Positions 26,893 to 64,000 of a stretch of DNA of 64,000 nucleotides are shown here, in pieces (positions within the stretch are counted from its first letter, which is position 1; every line of letters starts with the position of its first letter). The translations under genes and the position numbers were made by a program. This stretch comes from Paraspadella gotoi. Taxonomy: Eukaryota > Animalia > Chaetognatha. The notes below the pieces were generated by a model, which was not told the DNA's origin, ran no database searches, and was given only the letters and a program-made list of their open reading frames with translations. The stretch is taken from positions 13,880,124 to 13,944,123 of the forward strand of contig CM119265.1 in NCBI GenBank assembly GCA_051294375.1. Direction: 5' to 3'.

Positions 26893-27615
26893 AAATGTTT
26901 AAACACAAAAACTAATAATGAGTGAAGGAAAAAAACCTCTTTTATTTTAAAACTATGCTAATCCTAATGCCTATCTATATGACGCCGTTACTGCAAGATT
27001 GGTTAATTTCTCAAGACTTTTTTATGACATTGATTATAAACTTCCGATAAAAAAAAATATATTCTGTAGAATATTTTTCGCATTTTAACTCGTTGGGTTA
27101 AGACCTAATAAGAAAAAACTAATAAATATCGTCGAGTCGATATCAATCAACCTAAAACGAACATAACTGCTGACTTTGGCCATAGACGACGTCAAAAATT
27201 GTGTAATCAGACTCATTTTTAAAACTTACTTCTAACCTGCCCGTTTCCTTTAAAAAACAAATACAGTAAGAAAGATAAGTCTATAATTTTTAAAACTCCA
27301 ACTATATTTTTTTTTCTTTTAGCACGCTACATTTAGTATTCGTTTGTACAACGACGTCGTAAAGAAGAATAAATAGTACTTGATTACTGCGGACGTTTTT
27401 GATCGGCTAGAGGGAATCGGTGTTTGAAAATTGAATCAGAATCAGAATGTGAGAATTCAATGGGTAGGAGACGGCAAGGCTCGTGGTTAGGAGACTAAAG
27501 AGAAAAGAAAACAAGTTAAATCTAATTTCTTTGCTAGCAACTATTTCGCAATTTCTTTTTTTTTGTTTTCAATTTGGAAATCAGTTCGTTTAATTAATGA
27601 ATCTTCCGTTTCATC

Positions 27616-53667
<26,052 letters not shown>

Positions 53668-55062
53668 TTTACTCTTTTATTATTTATTTGAAATTTGATG
53701 TACGAATGAAAGCGCACAAGTAATATTTCACATTGAATTTATTAAATGAATAAACTCGTTCCCGTCCGCGTCGGAAAAAGACTAGGAAATGAAATGAAGA
53801 GAAGGAATCACAAACACAACTCCGTCCGATACGCCACGACGACGATAACGACGAGACAGACAACGACGACGAGCTGGAGCGAAAAAAAAAATCCTCATCC
53901 TTCTCGTCTCTCTTCCACGATTGGCAGAAAAACTTCTTCCTCATCCTCTTCCCTCCTTTCGCTCTTCCCATTTTCGAAGAACTGATGGGATTTCTTCCTT
54001 TGACTATGTATACTTTGTACAATGTACAGTGTACACGAGTTTCTTATATTTTTTTTTCTTTTCCCCGTTTGGCTTTTCATTGTCACTGACGTCTTTGACG
54101 GAATCTCGAATTTTTGTAGAAATGGACTCCCCAATGTCTCCCTATGTCTTCTTGTCAATTCGGTGAAGAATGTTCAAAAACTGGGCAGTATTACGAAACT
54201 CGCGTTTGAATGCGTGAGACGTTAGGAAAAGTTATGAAAAGGAAAGAAAAAACATTTACATTTGTTTACAATTAGAAATTGTAAAATTGTATATTTTTAT
54301 TGGTATTATTATTATTATTATTATATTATTTAGTTATTAATTTAGTTATAGCTTATCATCAATATCTTTTAAATAATCATGTTTCATATAGATATAAGTA
54401 TTTTTTGTATGAATTTTTTCGCATTATGACTTATTGTATACGATAATCTAATTTGCATATTGGAGTAAAAACTATATTCTAATTTGCATATTGCATTAAA
54501 TCATAATGTGAAGGAAAAATACTTGAATCCATATGAAACATGTCATTTTCAAAGATCTTGATGATGAGAAGCCATATCTAAATTTTTAACTTTCTATGAT
54601 AATAATTAATAAAAATCGTAATTTGTAATAGTTTATATATATATAAAATTTTAATCCGTAATAACCCCTATATAAACCGTAGTAGTTGTTATATAAAAAA
54701 AAGCGTGATGACGATAACGATGACGACGACGACGGTCACAGCTCATGGAGGATGTGGTTTTCAGATTGACGAATTTTCGGAATTCCTGGATTCTCAGGTC
54801 AAATTTTGATATCAATTACCGCCTCAGATTAAAAAATTAAAATAAATTAAAAAGATATCGAACGATCGTTCTATTTTATGTTTGTCAACTTTTTTAAATT
54901 TACAGAGTTCGTACTTGAATCTTACCCCCCTCATTGATCCTCCCCCACGCACAATTGTTTTACAAAATTGCATGCATTTTATTTCAAAGATCGTGGGAAA
55001 TAGCCCCATGACTTTATAACTTCAAAAACAGAAAACTGGATATCATGTTTTATTTATTAAAT

Positions 55063-55560
55063 ACTTACCGCCACGTTTTGACGTAATCTTCAGGTTTAAA
55101 TTTCTCTCGGCCGCAGCAACACATTTGTATATAATTATAAAAGTAAAACTTTTAGAGACTTTAAAGATACCGTACGTTTCAAAAATACAATTTCAAATTA
55201 GTGTTATTAACGTCTTACAAACTCCCCTTTCACTTCCACCCGTCACATTATAAGACCCGCTACCCCTTGGCGTCTCTGCACTCATCGCCAATTGCCAACG
55301 CGCGCCAGCCTGGTTCGTTTCTTTGCCTCCCTTCAAATTCGCCTGGCGCCTTTGAAGTGATGGTTGTCTGGTTGTCTGGGCCGGCGCCTGTGATCGGCCG
55401 GCACCGGAGATTGGCCGGCGTCCTGCCTACGCCGGCCACGATATCCCTCCTAAATTGTTGAACGCGTCATGGTCGACTCATTAACCAATCAGAGATCGAT
55501 TTTAGCGAAAAGACTGCTCAGAAAACGCGCATTGGTCCAGAGTTAGCGATTAGGTTGGCT
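55063..55560 (-). promoter_or_regulatory. Probable promoter and non-coding first exon of the ZnF/winged-helix gene
   Basis: GC-rich island with four CCAAT/ATTGG boxes (55288, 55410, 55485, 55531) upstream of a consensus minus-strand donor CG|GTAAGT at 55068. Confidence 0.5.
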
Positions 55561-57507
55561 ACTAAACTTAATCAGATCTCGAGCATATTTATATTACATT
55601 TACAAATGAATGATTCCTTAATTTAGAAGTGTGATATTATCAAACTTCATAGACTTTTAAACTGCTTTGAAGACAAAACTTATTTTGCTGAATAAAACGT
55701 ATGTCATAAATATAACGGATCTTATAAAGTTTCAGGACTGGCTGGAGCCGAGCTCGCACTGTTTTGACTCCATAAAATAGATTTGTGTTTTGTCTGTCTG
55801 TTGGCGCTAATTGAATTTGACTCCCTGCTTAACTAGAATCTTCAAATAAACCTTACCTCCTAAAAACTATCTAAATTTTAAGTGTCAGTACATAATTGTC
55901 AATTTTTTTGTTCGAGCATTTATAGAAGAGAAACTTGCGGATTTTTACATTTATTTTACAATTTTAAAGTCTAATTTAGTAAAACAAGTAATTTTGCAAT
56001 TTTTCATAATTAAAAAAATAATTTTTATTATTACATTGGCAGTATTATTTTTTTTAATTATTCGAAACTAAAAATATAATAAACTGTGCTTTTACAAGAT
56101 GATTAAAAATTATCCCTTAAATCAATAAGTTTTCATTAAGAATATAGAAGAAATCGCCTTAGTTAGCTTATAATTACAATCCTAAATTAACTTGATTAGC
56201 TTTACTAGCAAAAAAAAAACACGATTGAAAGAAAAAAATTAAAAATTTTATTAGATAAACCAAGATTTGACAGCATTTTGTATTTAGTTCACATAATTTA
56301 GATACACAAAAAATAAAAATGTTTGTAATAATGTGCGGTAAAGAGCTTGTAAACGTGCAATGACTGTTTAACATGATTATAAAAAATTATGTAGACAGTT
56401 AAAACTCAATAACTAAATAAATTTCAAGACAGATCGTTGAAAACGAAAATTAATATAATTTATTTATAGAGGTATAAAAAACTTCTCCCCCAGTTATACA
56501 GCAAGTTACATAGTAAAGTTCATTAAAAGACAGGCATCAAAGCAAAAACAAAAACGAGTTACGGATTTATTATCAGAAATTATTTACTTTTCGTATAGAA
56601 AGTTAAATTTTCTAAAACTCTATTAAAATCATAATGGCTTCCTTTTAAATTCAGTCACAAAAAGAAAAACGAGAGAGAAATGTAAACATATCTTAATCAT
56701 AAAATAAAAATTTCATATTAAATCAAGATAAGACGCGAAGGGTTGTTGTCGGACAAACTCTCGTTGGAATTCGTTACTTTTGATTTCCTTTTGTAAAAGT
56801 ATTTAAAAATATAAACAATCAATATTTGTTTACGAAATCATCGGTTAAAAAAAGGGCAAAAATTATCCGAAAACTACAAGACTAAATAATGTTAAACCAG
56901 GCCCCATTTGACACCATTTTTATAGGTTAGTGCTAATAGTGGGTAACTTTATTAGCCTATGCCGTTATCGGCTATATGTGTATTATATAGTGTGATAACC
57001 GAAGGGGGCATATTTTAGGGTTTCAGATTGAGTAATTTCGCCATCGAGACGAGAAACATGAGTTCATGTCTACCGCCCCACTTACTTTGTTTGAGCAACG
57101 GATAGGATGTAAACAACAAAATTGACTAATTCAAATAGATTAAAATTAAAAATTAGCTGAAATAATGGAACCAGCAAAACGCATAAGTAATGATGCGGTA
57201 AGAGTAAGTTATAAAGAACAATGTCCCCTTGTTTATTGATATGTTTTTTTTGAAATGGAAAGAAACAAAAAGAAACATTTTGTTCGTTCACACACTCACA
57301 TTTACATCAAAATTCGATATTATTCGATTTCGATACTCGACGGTTAACAACTGGAATGTAACGATTTAAAATGGATTGAAAATAATGCATATTTAATAAG
57401 TAATTAAATAAAATATTTTTTTACAATTCGATCGAAAATAAAAATACATAAAATTGCATCAACATGCATGTCAGTCGGCTGACTCTGCTTAGGGTTCGGT
57501 TGCATTT

Positions 57508-59091
57508 TCATCCACGAATTCCATTCAAAATGCAAGTGAAACAGTTTTTCGCTGCGTTCCTAGCAAAAGGAATGTAGGAGAGAGAATACCAGGTAAGAGC
57601 GAGTGACTGGGCGACGACGCAGAAGAGAGCAACGGGATTGTTGCGGATGGCGAGCGCCGACACTAAAGTCATCACCAGGAACAGCAGAACTAACAGCGTG
57701 GATGCCAGACGCGACCTGTGCAGCATCTTGCGAAATTGTGCACGAGGCCCACAGAGAAAGCACGTGCTTAAGATGCATGCTACGTTACCTAAAGAATAAA
57801 CAACTGCAAAGGCCAATAAGTTTGCGGACCATAGAAGAGCCACACTGGCAAAGTTGAGACAAACACCCAACATGAAGCACACCGCGAATCCTAAACGGAA
57901 AAGAAAATAATAATTAAATTATATTTGCCTAGCTATTCTTTACGTACATACATCTCGATATAACTTTTTAAATAGTATAATGGTGTTTAATAAATGGAAA
58001 TAATAAAACCGTTGGATAATAATTCGAAGTAATATAAAGGAGTGGTCTTTTCATACAATTGAAACATTCTTTGAAATATTATACCAGTTGATTGATAGGG
58101 AAGACCAGTACTCTGGGAGTGAATAAACGAGAATGTGAGAGTCTTGATTGAAAGCTTGCTATGTCATTATCTCGTAGGAGTGATGGAGGCTTTAAACTCG
58201 CAGGGCCTGTCCAAAGTCAGGGGTCAAGATAACTTATTTATTTATTGAATGGATAATTTTTATATTGCTTGCACTAATTTCAAATTTTTAATATAAGTAT
58301 GAAATAAACCTTGAGCGAGTTGAGGCGATACGTAATGATTTGTCGCCATTTGTTGTATCTTGGCCAAAGAAAAAACTGAACTTTATTATACGTAGAATTA
58401 GAGACTGCCTTAGTGATGAAACTTCATAGCTAAATACATTTCTACATTATAAAACCTGGAATGCAGGAGGCTATAAATTTTGCCCAGCTTCCGCTCCCAG
58501 CTTCCGCTCCCAGACTCCGCTCCCAGACTCCGCTCCCAGACTCCGCTCCCAGACTCATTAGAGTCCTTAGACCACTGACTTCGCCCCGGATCGGCGTTCA
58601 CTAACTAGTTTTTTATCCCTTTTCGATTCCCTTATCAGTCATAGGATATTATCAGTTATTATCACCTCCAACTTTTATAATATTTTAAATTTTTTTATCT
58701 AGATGAATAATATGGAATTTCACTTGGATACAATTGCGCACTATCGAACGTGTTGTTAATTTTAGGGGATAAAAAAGGAGAAAGGACCACGACGACATCG
58801 AAGCCATATGCATATTGTCACATATTTGATGGACGACAAATGAAAACAATTACAAAATGAGTAGGCGGAATTCACCACAGAATGTACCTCGTCAAAGAGT
58901 CGGCTTTTCATCATCTACTCACCTTTTATTCGATTTGACCAGCTCAGGGACAATGCTGATTGCCCGTATAGAAAGGTCGAACTTCCGGTCTCAGAGGAAT
59001 TCTCCACAGGTGGGAAAGCGAGAAGTGGCTCGTCCTCTTCCTCGTCTTCTTCCGCGCTATGTCGGTTGAACGACTCCCGCAATTTATCCAT
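57508..59091 (-). CDS. SFT2D: Vesicle transport protein SFT2 (SFT2D1/2-like, Got1/Sft2 family)
   Basis: Exons 59091-58923 (MDKLRESF...LSWSNRIK) and 57890-57508 (GFAVCF...YSLGN...STCFLCGPRAQFRKM...ALTWYSLSYIPFARNA), phase-1 intron. A possible upstream mini-exon (ATG GCA G, 59198-59192, joining 59120) would add 12 aa. Confidence 0.93.
58063..58290 (+). mobile_element. Dispersed repeat family A, copy in the SFT2D intron
   Basis: Similar to 23275-23512 (reverse complement) and 2572-2700. Confidence 0.85.
58483..58556 (+). repeat. 13-bp tandem repeat (cccagactccgct) x5-6
   Basis: Directly visible tandem units. Confidence 0.9.
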
Positions 59092-59504
59092 CACAGATAA
59101 TGCAATTTTAAATACAAATTCTAAGCGTTTTTTAGGCAACAATGGTATAAATGAGATTTTTCGCAGTTTATAGCATTTGTCACAAAAGCACCTGCCATCC
59201 TTAATAACAGTACTGATGAAAAAAAGTAAAATCAATATAATAATAAATTAACTCAATTAAGTCAGATTACCATTGGTCGTTTATTGATCTTCCATGAATA
59301 CGGTATATAACATGTAGTTTTTACTCTTAGTTAAACTTACTCGTATGATAGAACGAGGATATGATTGGACAGTGAAAGAAGCTTTAAAATCACCCAATCC
59401 CACGATGCAAGAAAGAATACGAAGGCACAGCAAAGTTTTGACCTATTTCATAACTTAGTCTCAAGTCTAAGGGATAATTTAAAGAATAAAGTAATGCTTT
59501 TAAG

Positions 59505-61421
59505 TCATTCACTTTTCGGTTTTCCTCGTTGTTTTAGTGCGGCGTGACTCTGATAATTTTCTTTCATTATCATGTTCCTGATGTCCTCGGGCCAATCTGG
59601 TATCACGTGGGCGACGACAAATTTGAGGAAGACTAGTAGATGCTCGGTGACGACGAGAATAACGAAGATTTGCCACTGATCAAAGACCCCTTCGACGGTG
59701 GCGGCAAAATCGGGTGACATGGCAATGAGGGCGACGTTTGTAGAAATGGCGACCACGCCCATCATCTCAAAAGCCAATTGCCAAACGCCGACATCACCGG
59801 ACGACTGTGGAAATGGCCTTTGGTGGACGGAAAGAAACTTGAAACTGTCGGTTCTCGTTTCCAATAGGTTGTTAACGAAGGCCCAGACGGAAGCCAGTGG
59901 GTAGACGCATGAGAAGAGAGAGATGTAACCGAAATGGAGAAAGAGTTCCAGATAATCGTCGAATGTGCCTTCATATGGCGGCATATCAGCCTCGGTTTCG
60001 GCCTGGACCAGTTTGGATTCATCCAGTCCAACGTTGGAACGAAGCTTTTCTAGTTTTTTCCCTCCCTTTAATCCACGGAAGCGCCGCCGAGCTCGCCAAG
60101 TATAAATGTAAGGCATGACGACTTCCACAAGCTGTTCTAAGATTTGATTCATAATCAATAAAGAAGCCAGGTCTGCCCGAAGGCGCTTCATATCGCGCAT
60201 CCAGAAGGCGACATAGAACAAGGCTCCGAAACAGTTGAAAGAGTCGAAGATGAGAATCTTAAGAACCAGATGGTTTAGGTGTTGAGATTCAGTTCGATGA
60301 TTTTCGAATTCGGTTAAACGGTGGGCCAAAGGCCTATAGGACATGTTCGACAAAAAGATGACCACAGAGTAAATGACAGAAGGCACGAAACTGACTATGT
60401 TGTTAAAGGTCGACGGATCCGTGTCGTAAGCTTCCAGTGCCATATCCTCGAAATAAAAGTAAGCCTCCATAAACCCTGCAGCGACAAGCATACAAACTAC
60501 GACGATGGGCAATGACACCAACGACATCTTGAGATAGCGAGAGACTGGCGGATATTTGGGTTCCATGCGACCAGTGACGGGGTTCGCTCCTAGTGTCCCA
60601 TGAAATCCGGCTCGGGGCTCCTCCTCGACATGCCCCCGGAAGAGACGCAACGTTCCCCAGTTGAAGGCGTGGCGTGCAGATTTCCTTTTCCAGATCTCTA
60701 CTAGCAACGAAGCCCAAACCAAGTTGTATATGGCAAAAAAGAGAAACGCCTCAAAATCTTTCCGACCACCAAAAGCATAGTAGGGAACGGCCACAGTGAC
60801 AACCGGCAGCAGCGCAAAGGCGAAGAAGCGTAGAAATGCGAAGTAAAAAGAAATCGTTTCTCCGAAATAATCTCGAATTTCGCCAAGGGGCAGGGTGTCT
60901 GACAAAAATGGCAGACCAAAAAACATCTTGGACTTTAGGCCTTTCAATTCAACGGGGTCGTGCAAGGGAAAGGCCTGGGTTAAGACACCAGCGGTTTTTA
61001 AGCGACGAACGATGCTTTTTCCCGGGTATAGCGGCCTCGTTTTTGAAAGACCGGGAATAGTTTCTTCCCCCGTAGCACGAAGGTTGTCCAAGTCGTGCTT
61101 GACGACCTTGAGCGCATCGGCTTGCGTGAGAGGCTCAAAGTCGTCGCGGTGGTCATAGTCGAAATCCCTGGTCTCGCCATCCTCCTTCCTTCGCTTACGA
61201 AGTCCGATCTCTTCAGCCCCGCGGAGGAGATGGTCGAGATTAGCGCCGATGTGAAGCAGATAGCTGCCGACGTGGACCACTGACTCAACATCTTCAACGA
61301 GGAGATCGGCGCCGCCTTCGATCTTGGGCGATTTAAGTCGCGACAAGATCCAATTTCTCGTCGATTCTGGGGTCGTTGGGGAGAGTTCCAAAACGACAAG
61401 GCATTGAAGTTTATGGGCCAT
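59505..61421 (-). CDS. ANO10: Anoctamin-10 (TMEM16K) lipid scramblase, intronless CDS, 638 aa
   Basis: Motifs LYPGKSI, FPLHD, IRDYFGETISFYFAFL, EIWKRKS, LTEFENHRTESQ, YEGTFDDYLELFLHFGYISLFS, NNLLETRTDSFK, GVWQLAFE, EHLL and IPDWP are typical of ANO10. Confidence 0.95.
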   Translation of the reverse strand: MAHKLQCLVVLELSPTTPESTRNWILSRLKSPKIEGGADLLVEDVESVVHVGSYLLHIGANLDHLLRGAEEIGLRKRRKEDGETRDFDYDHRDDFEPLTQADALKVVKHDLDNLRATGEETIPGLSKTRPLYPGKSIVRRLKTAGVLTQAFPLHDPVELKGLKSKMFFGLPFLSDTLPLGEIRDYFGETISFYFAFLRFFAFALLPVVTVAVPYYAFGGRKDFEAFLFFAIYNLVWASLLVEIWKRKSARHAFNWGTLRLFRGHVEEEPRAGFHGTLGANPVTGRMEPKYPPVSRYLKMSLVSLPIVVVCMLVAAGFMEAYFYFEDMALEAYDTDPSTFNNIVSFVPSVIYSVVIFLSNMSYRPLAHRLTEFENHRTESQHLNHLVLKILIFDSFNCFGALFYVAFWMRDMKRLRADLASLLIMNQILEQLVEVVMPYIYTWRARRRFRGLKGGKKLEKLRSNVGLDESKLVQAETEADMPPYEGTFDDYLELFLHFGYISLFSCVYPLASVWAFVNNLLETRTDSFKFLSVHQRPFPQSSGDVGVWQLAFEMMGVVAISTNVALIAMSPDFAATVEGVFDQWQIFVILVVTEHLLVFLKFVVAHVIPDWPEDIRNMIMKENYQSHAALKQRGKPKSE

Positions 61422-61494
61422 TTATTAATTTGGGAGTACAATTCGGAAGCACTAAAAAAAAGTTAAGATTAAACACAAAACAAAAAAATAAATA

Positions 61495-63640
61495 TTATAT
61501 CGAAACTAAAAGGCCATCACAGAAGGAGCAGTTGACTTTCAACAATTTCACGAGTCCTTCTTTGGAAGCGACACCCGAGAGGGGATCGATTGAAGTCGCT
61601 CCACAGATGATGCATTTCCTGTACGGCGCCTTTTCGCATGCCAACAACGATTGGCAACAGCGACCAAACCGATGACCGGCTCCACACGATGCAACGTGAG
61701 GATCCGATGACAACGACTTCGCTCCCTCCTCGTCACACTCCGTAGGAAACAGTGTTCGTTGGCCGCACACAACGCACGAGTTCGCCAAGCGTTCCGCGTC
61801 ACCCTCTGGGTTCAACTCGGCAACACGACCTCTCACTTGAGCGAGTACGTCGGGTTCAACAATATCCGCAACGTGTTGGGCCTCGACAAGGGATGGTTGG
61901 ACTGACTCCAACCATTCGCACATGAGGAGTACCGATGCGAGTTCAGCGACTCGCTTTTTGGAAGATGAGTGCTCGGGCGCTTTCTCCTCTTTCTCCACCC
62001 AAGCGACTAAAGTTCTCTTGACGTGGCGCCACATGATCAAGTTATCGAGCAGGCGACCCGCGCCCTCCAATTGAGTTACGGATTCCGCGGTTTTGGAAAT
62101 GGTCGGCGCCATAAGCAAATCAGTGGCAAAACGAGTTAATTTGAGGTGTAAGTCGGTGAAGTCTTTCCAACGCGATCGGGCATTGACCTGAAAAAAAGGA
62201 ATGGGTTTTGACAAAAATTTAATATAATAAAAATAATAATAATATATATAAATATATATACAGATATATGTTAACCGTTGCACCTGCTGCAACAAAAGGG
62301 CGGGAAGTTCGTCTCCCGACGCAATGCCCTGTCGCATGCACTCTAGACAATCGTGATAGCCGGAGAGGAGGTGACCTTCGCCGAGTTCGGCCAAAGGCGA
62401 TTCTAGCATTAAGTCGTACGCTTGGGACACGGTCTTCGCTGGCAAAAGATGCAAGCGAAGAGGATCGCGGGCGCGCAAGTGATCGAACGATAACGAGAAT
62501 GTTTCGGCTAAAAAAAAATTTAATACTAGTTTAATTTCTTTGTGTAAACTTTCGGACAAAAATACATAATCAGATACACAAATAACCTAAAATAACGAAA
62601 ATTCCATTTGGGGACGCTGCGACACCACTCTGCGTAAAATCTTGTCCGCTGCAATTAAGAGCAACGCGTTCCGGATAAATAGCCAGTTTTTCTCCCTCCA
62701 ATCCGAAAGTCACTAAAATTTAAATCACGAAATGTACTTGTGAAAGCCAACTGAAATTGTTGAACAAACTTATTTGGATTACTATCAATAATAAATTATT
62801 GAGAAAAATTTTTAACTTCAACGAACTCACCCTTCAGCAGTAATCCGTCGGCGGAACTAACAAGAATGGAGTCGTCAAGTTTGCAGCAGCCTGTGAGTCC
62901 TAAGCAAGTGATTCCGCCGATGTAATGCTGTTGCTCCACGGTACCTTTGGTGGAAACCCGCAAAGCAATCACGTAATTTTCTTTTAAGACCACGAGACAA
63001 GACAATCTTGCATCGGAAAACCAATGAAGATTTGAAACGGAAAGTTGGTCGTCGTCCGACCAAGGATCTTGTGGCAAAAGTTGAACGGAGATATCATCGG
63101 GATCAGACCTTAACAGATTTCGTACACAAGTATAATCAAAATTCTTTATTGGCAGGCTTTAATTAAAAGTAAAAACTGACCAATCTATTCGAAGCAACTT
63201 GACTACTCCTTTGTTAAAACCGACTGCTACTAGCCCCGAATGATCCGCTAATGACGAGGGGTGCATTTGGGACACCGCGCTAGGTTGGGAACAGCCAAGG
63301 TACAGAATGACCATTAATTCACAATCGTCTTCATGACTCAAAGGGAGAAATATCTGTAAAAATCATTCTTTACTCTGAAAAACTCTGAAAAATAAAAATA
63401 CACACGACCAAAACTTACTTTCCAAATAGCTAAATGTCCAGATTTCATAAAAACGAAGAGAAATGAGAAAACCCTCCTTTTACGAGGTCGAAGGACGTTG
63501 CCGCGGGAGTCACGGATGTCGATGGCGTCATGCGGAAACTGGTCGTCAACGACCCACGATTGGTCGAGCAGTCTTCCATCAGCGCCATCGATTGCTTGAG
63601 ACCACTCGATTAACTCAGCACACAGGGAATACGTGCGAGT
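61495..63640 (-). CDS. GTF3C4: General transcription factor 3C polypeptide 4-like (TFIIIC90); 5' end beyond the window
   Basis: In-frame exons 63640-63419, 63353-63181, 63108-62831, 62712-62587, 62507-62284, 62187-61495. Beta-propeller-like segments (KSGHLAIWK, GVAASPNGIF) and a C-terminal zf-TFIIIC pattern CVVC...CGAGHRFGRCCQS...YRKCIIC...CSFCD. Confidence 0.8.
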
Positions 63641-64000
63641 CTGTAAAAAGCAATAAGTTAGAACTTAATACATATATAATATATAATACAAAATATCTCA
63701 TCAATTTTAATATACTACGTATTATTTTCAGCGTGGTTTGCGCTAATTATTTTAATAGGAAAATAAAATGCCAGAGAAACTTCAGGACTATACAGTAGAG
63801 TGGAGCACTAAAGAACAAAAAAATTATTTGAATGATCGAACAAGGATATTTAGATGTGAAATAGTATGATTAACTAATACAAAGAATATTTTGTTCATAT
63901 TGTCTCGGGAACAGAATAGTAGAATATAATATATTTGTAATAATATTCTTAAAAAAAAAAAAAAACAGATTCTTTATAAAAAGTTAAATCAAAAATATAA

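Noticed and set aside
26345-26902. Four overlapping ORFs on both strands over the Pro/Gly tail
   Set aside because: Shadow frames of GC-rich codon repeats; only the frame ending at 26892 joins the upstream exons.
61421-62283. GTF3C4-ANO10 fusion protein by exon skipping
   Set aside because: The acceptor is in frame with ANO10, but TAA TAA immediately precedes the ATG.

Overview
Animal (probably bilaterian invertebrate) genomic DNA, not prokaryotic. Introns are spliceosomal, CpG is abundant, (GA/CT)n, (GAC)n and (GAAA)n microsatellites are dense, and there are three N gaps. Most ORF-track entries are microsatellite or shadow ORFs. Reading splice sites by hand gives seven genes: (1) Abl tyrosine kinase (+, 5' end off-window, 350-20677); (2) FAAH2-like amidase (-, 9 exons, 532 aa, one GC-AG intron); (3) DUF4476-like protein with a PPxY/Gly-His tail (+); (4) a 26-kb, 8-exon, ~1504-aa nuclear protein (-, 53667-27616) with C2H2 zinc fingers, a CtBP-type motif and three tandem RFX-like winged-helix repeats sharing one intron-phase pattern; (5-7) a tightly packed same-strand cluster GTF3C4-like > intronless ANO10 > SFT2D. 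The two best leads are the ZnF/triple-winged-helix protein and the operon-like cluster, where a strong 3' splice acceptor with no local donor lies between genes. The 1.7-kb inverted duplication in the Abl intron is most likely a PacBio adapter read-through artefact. All calls are by eye and recall of families; no searches were run.
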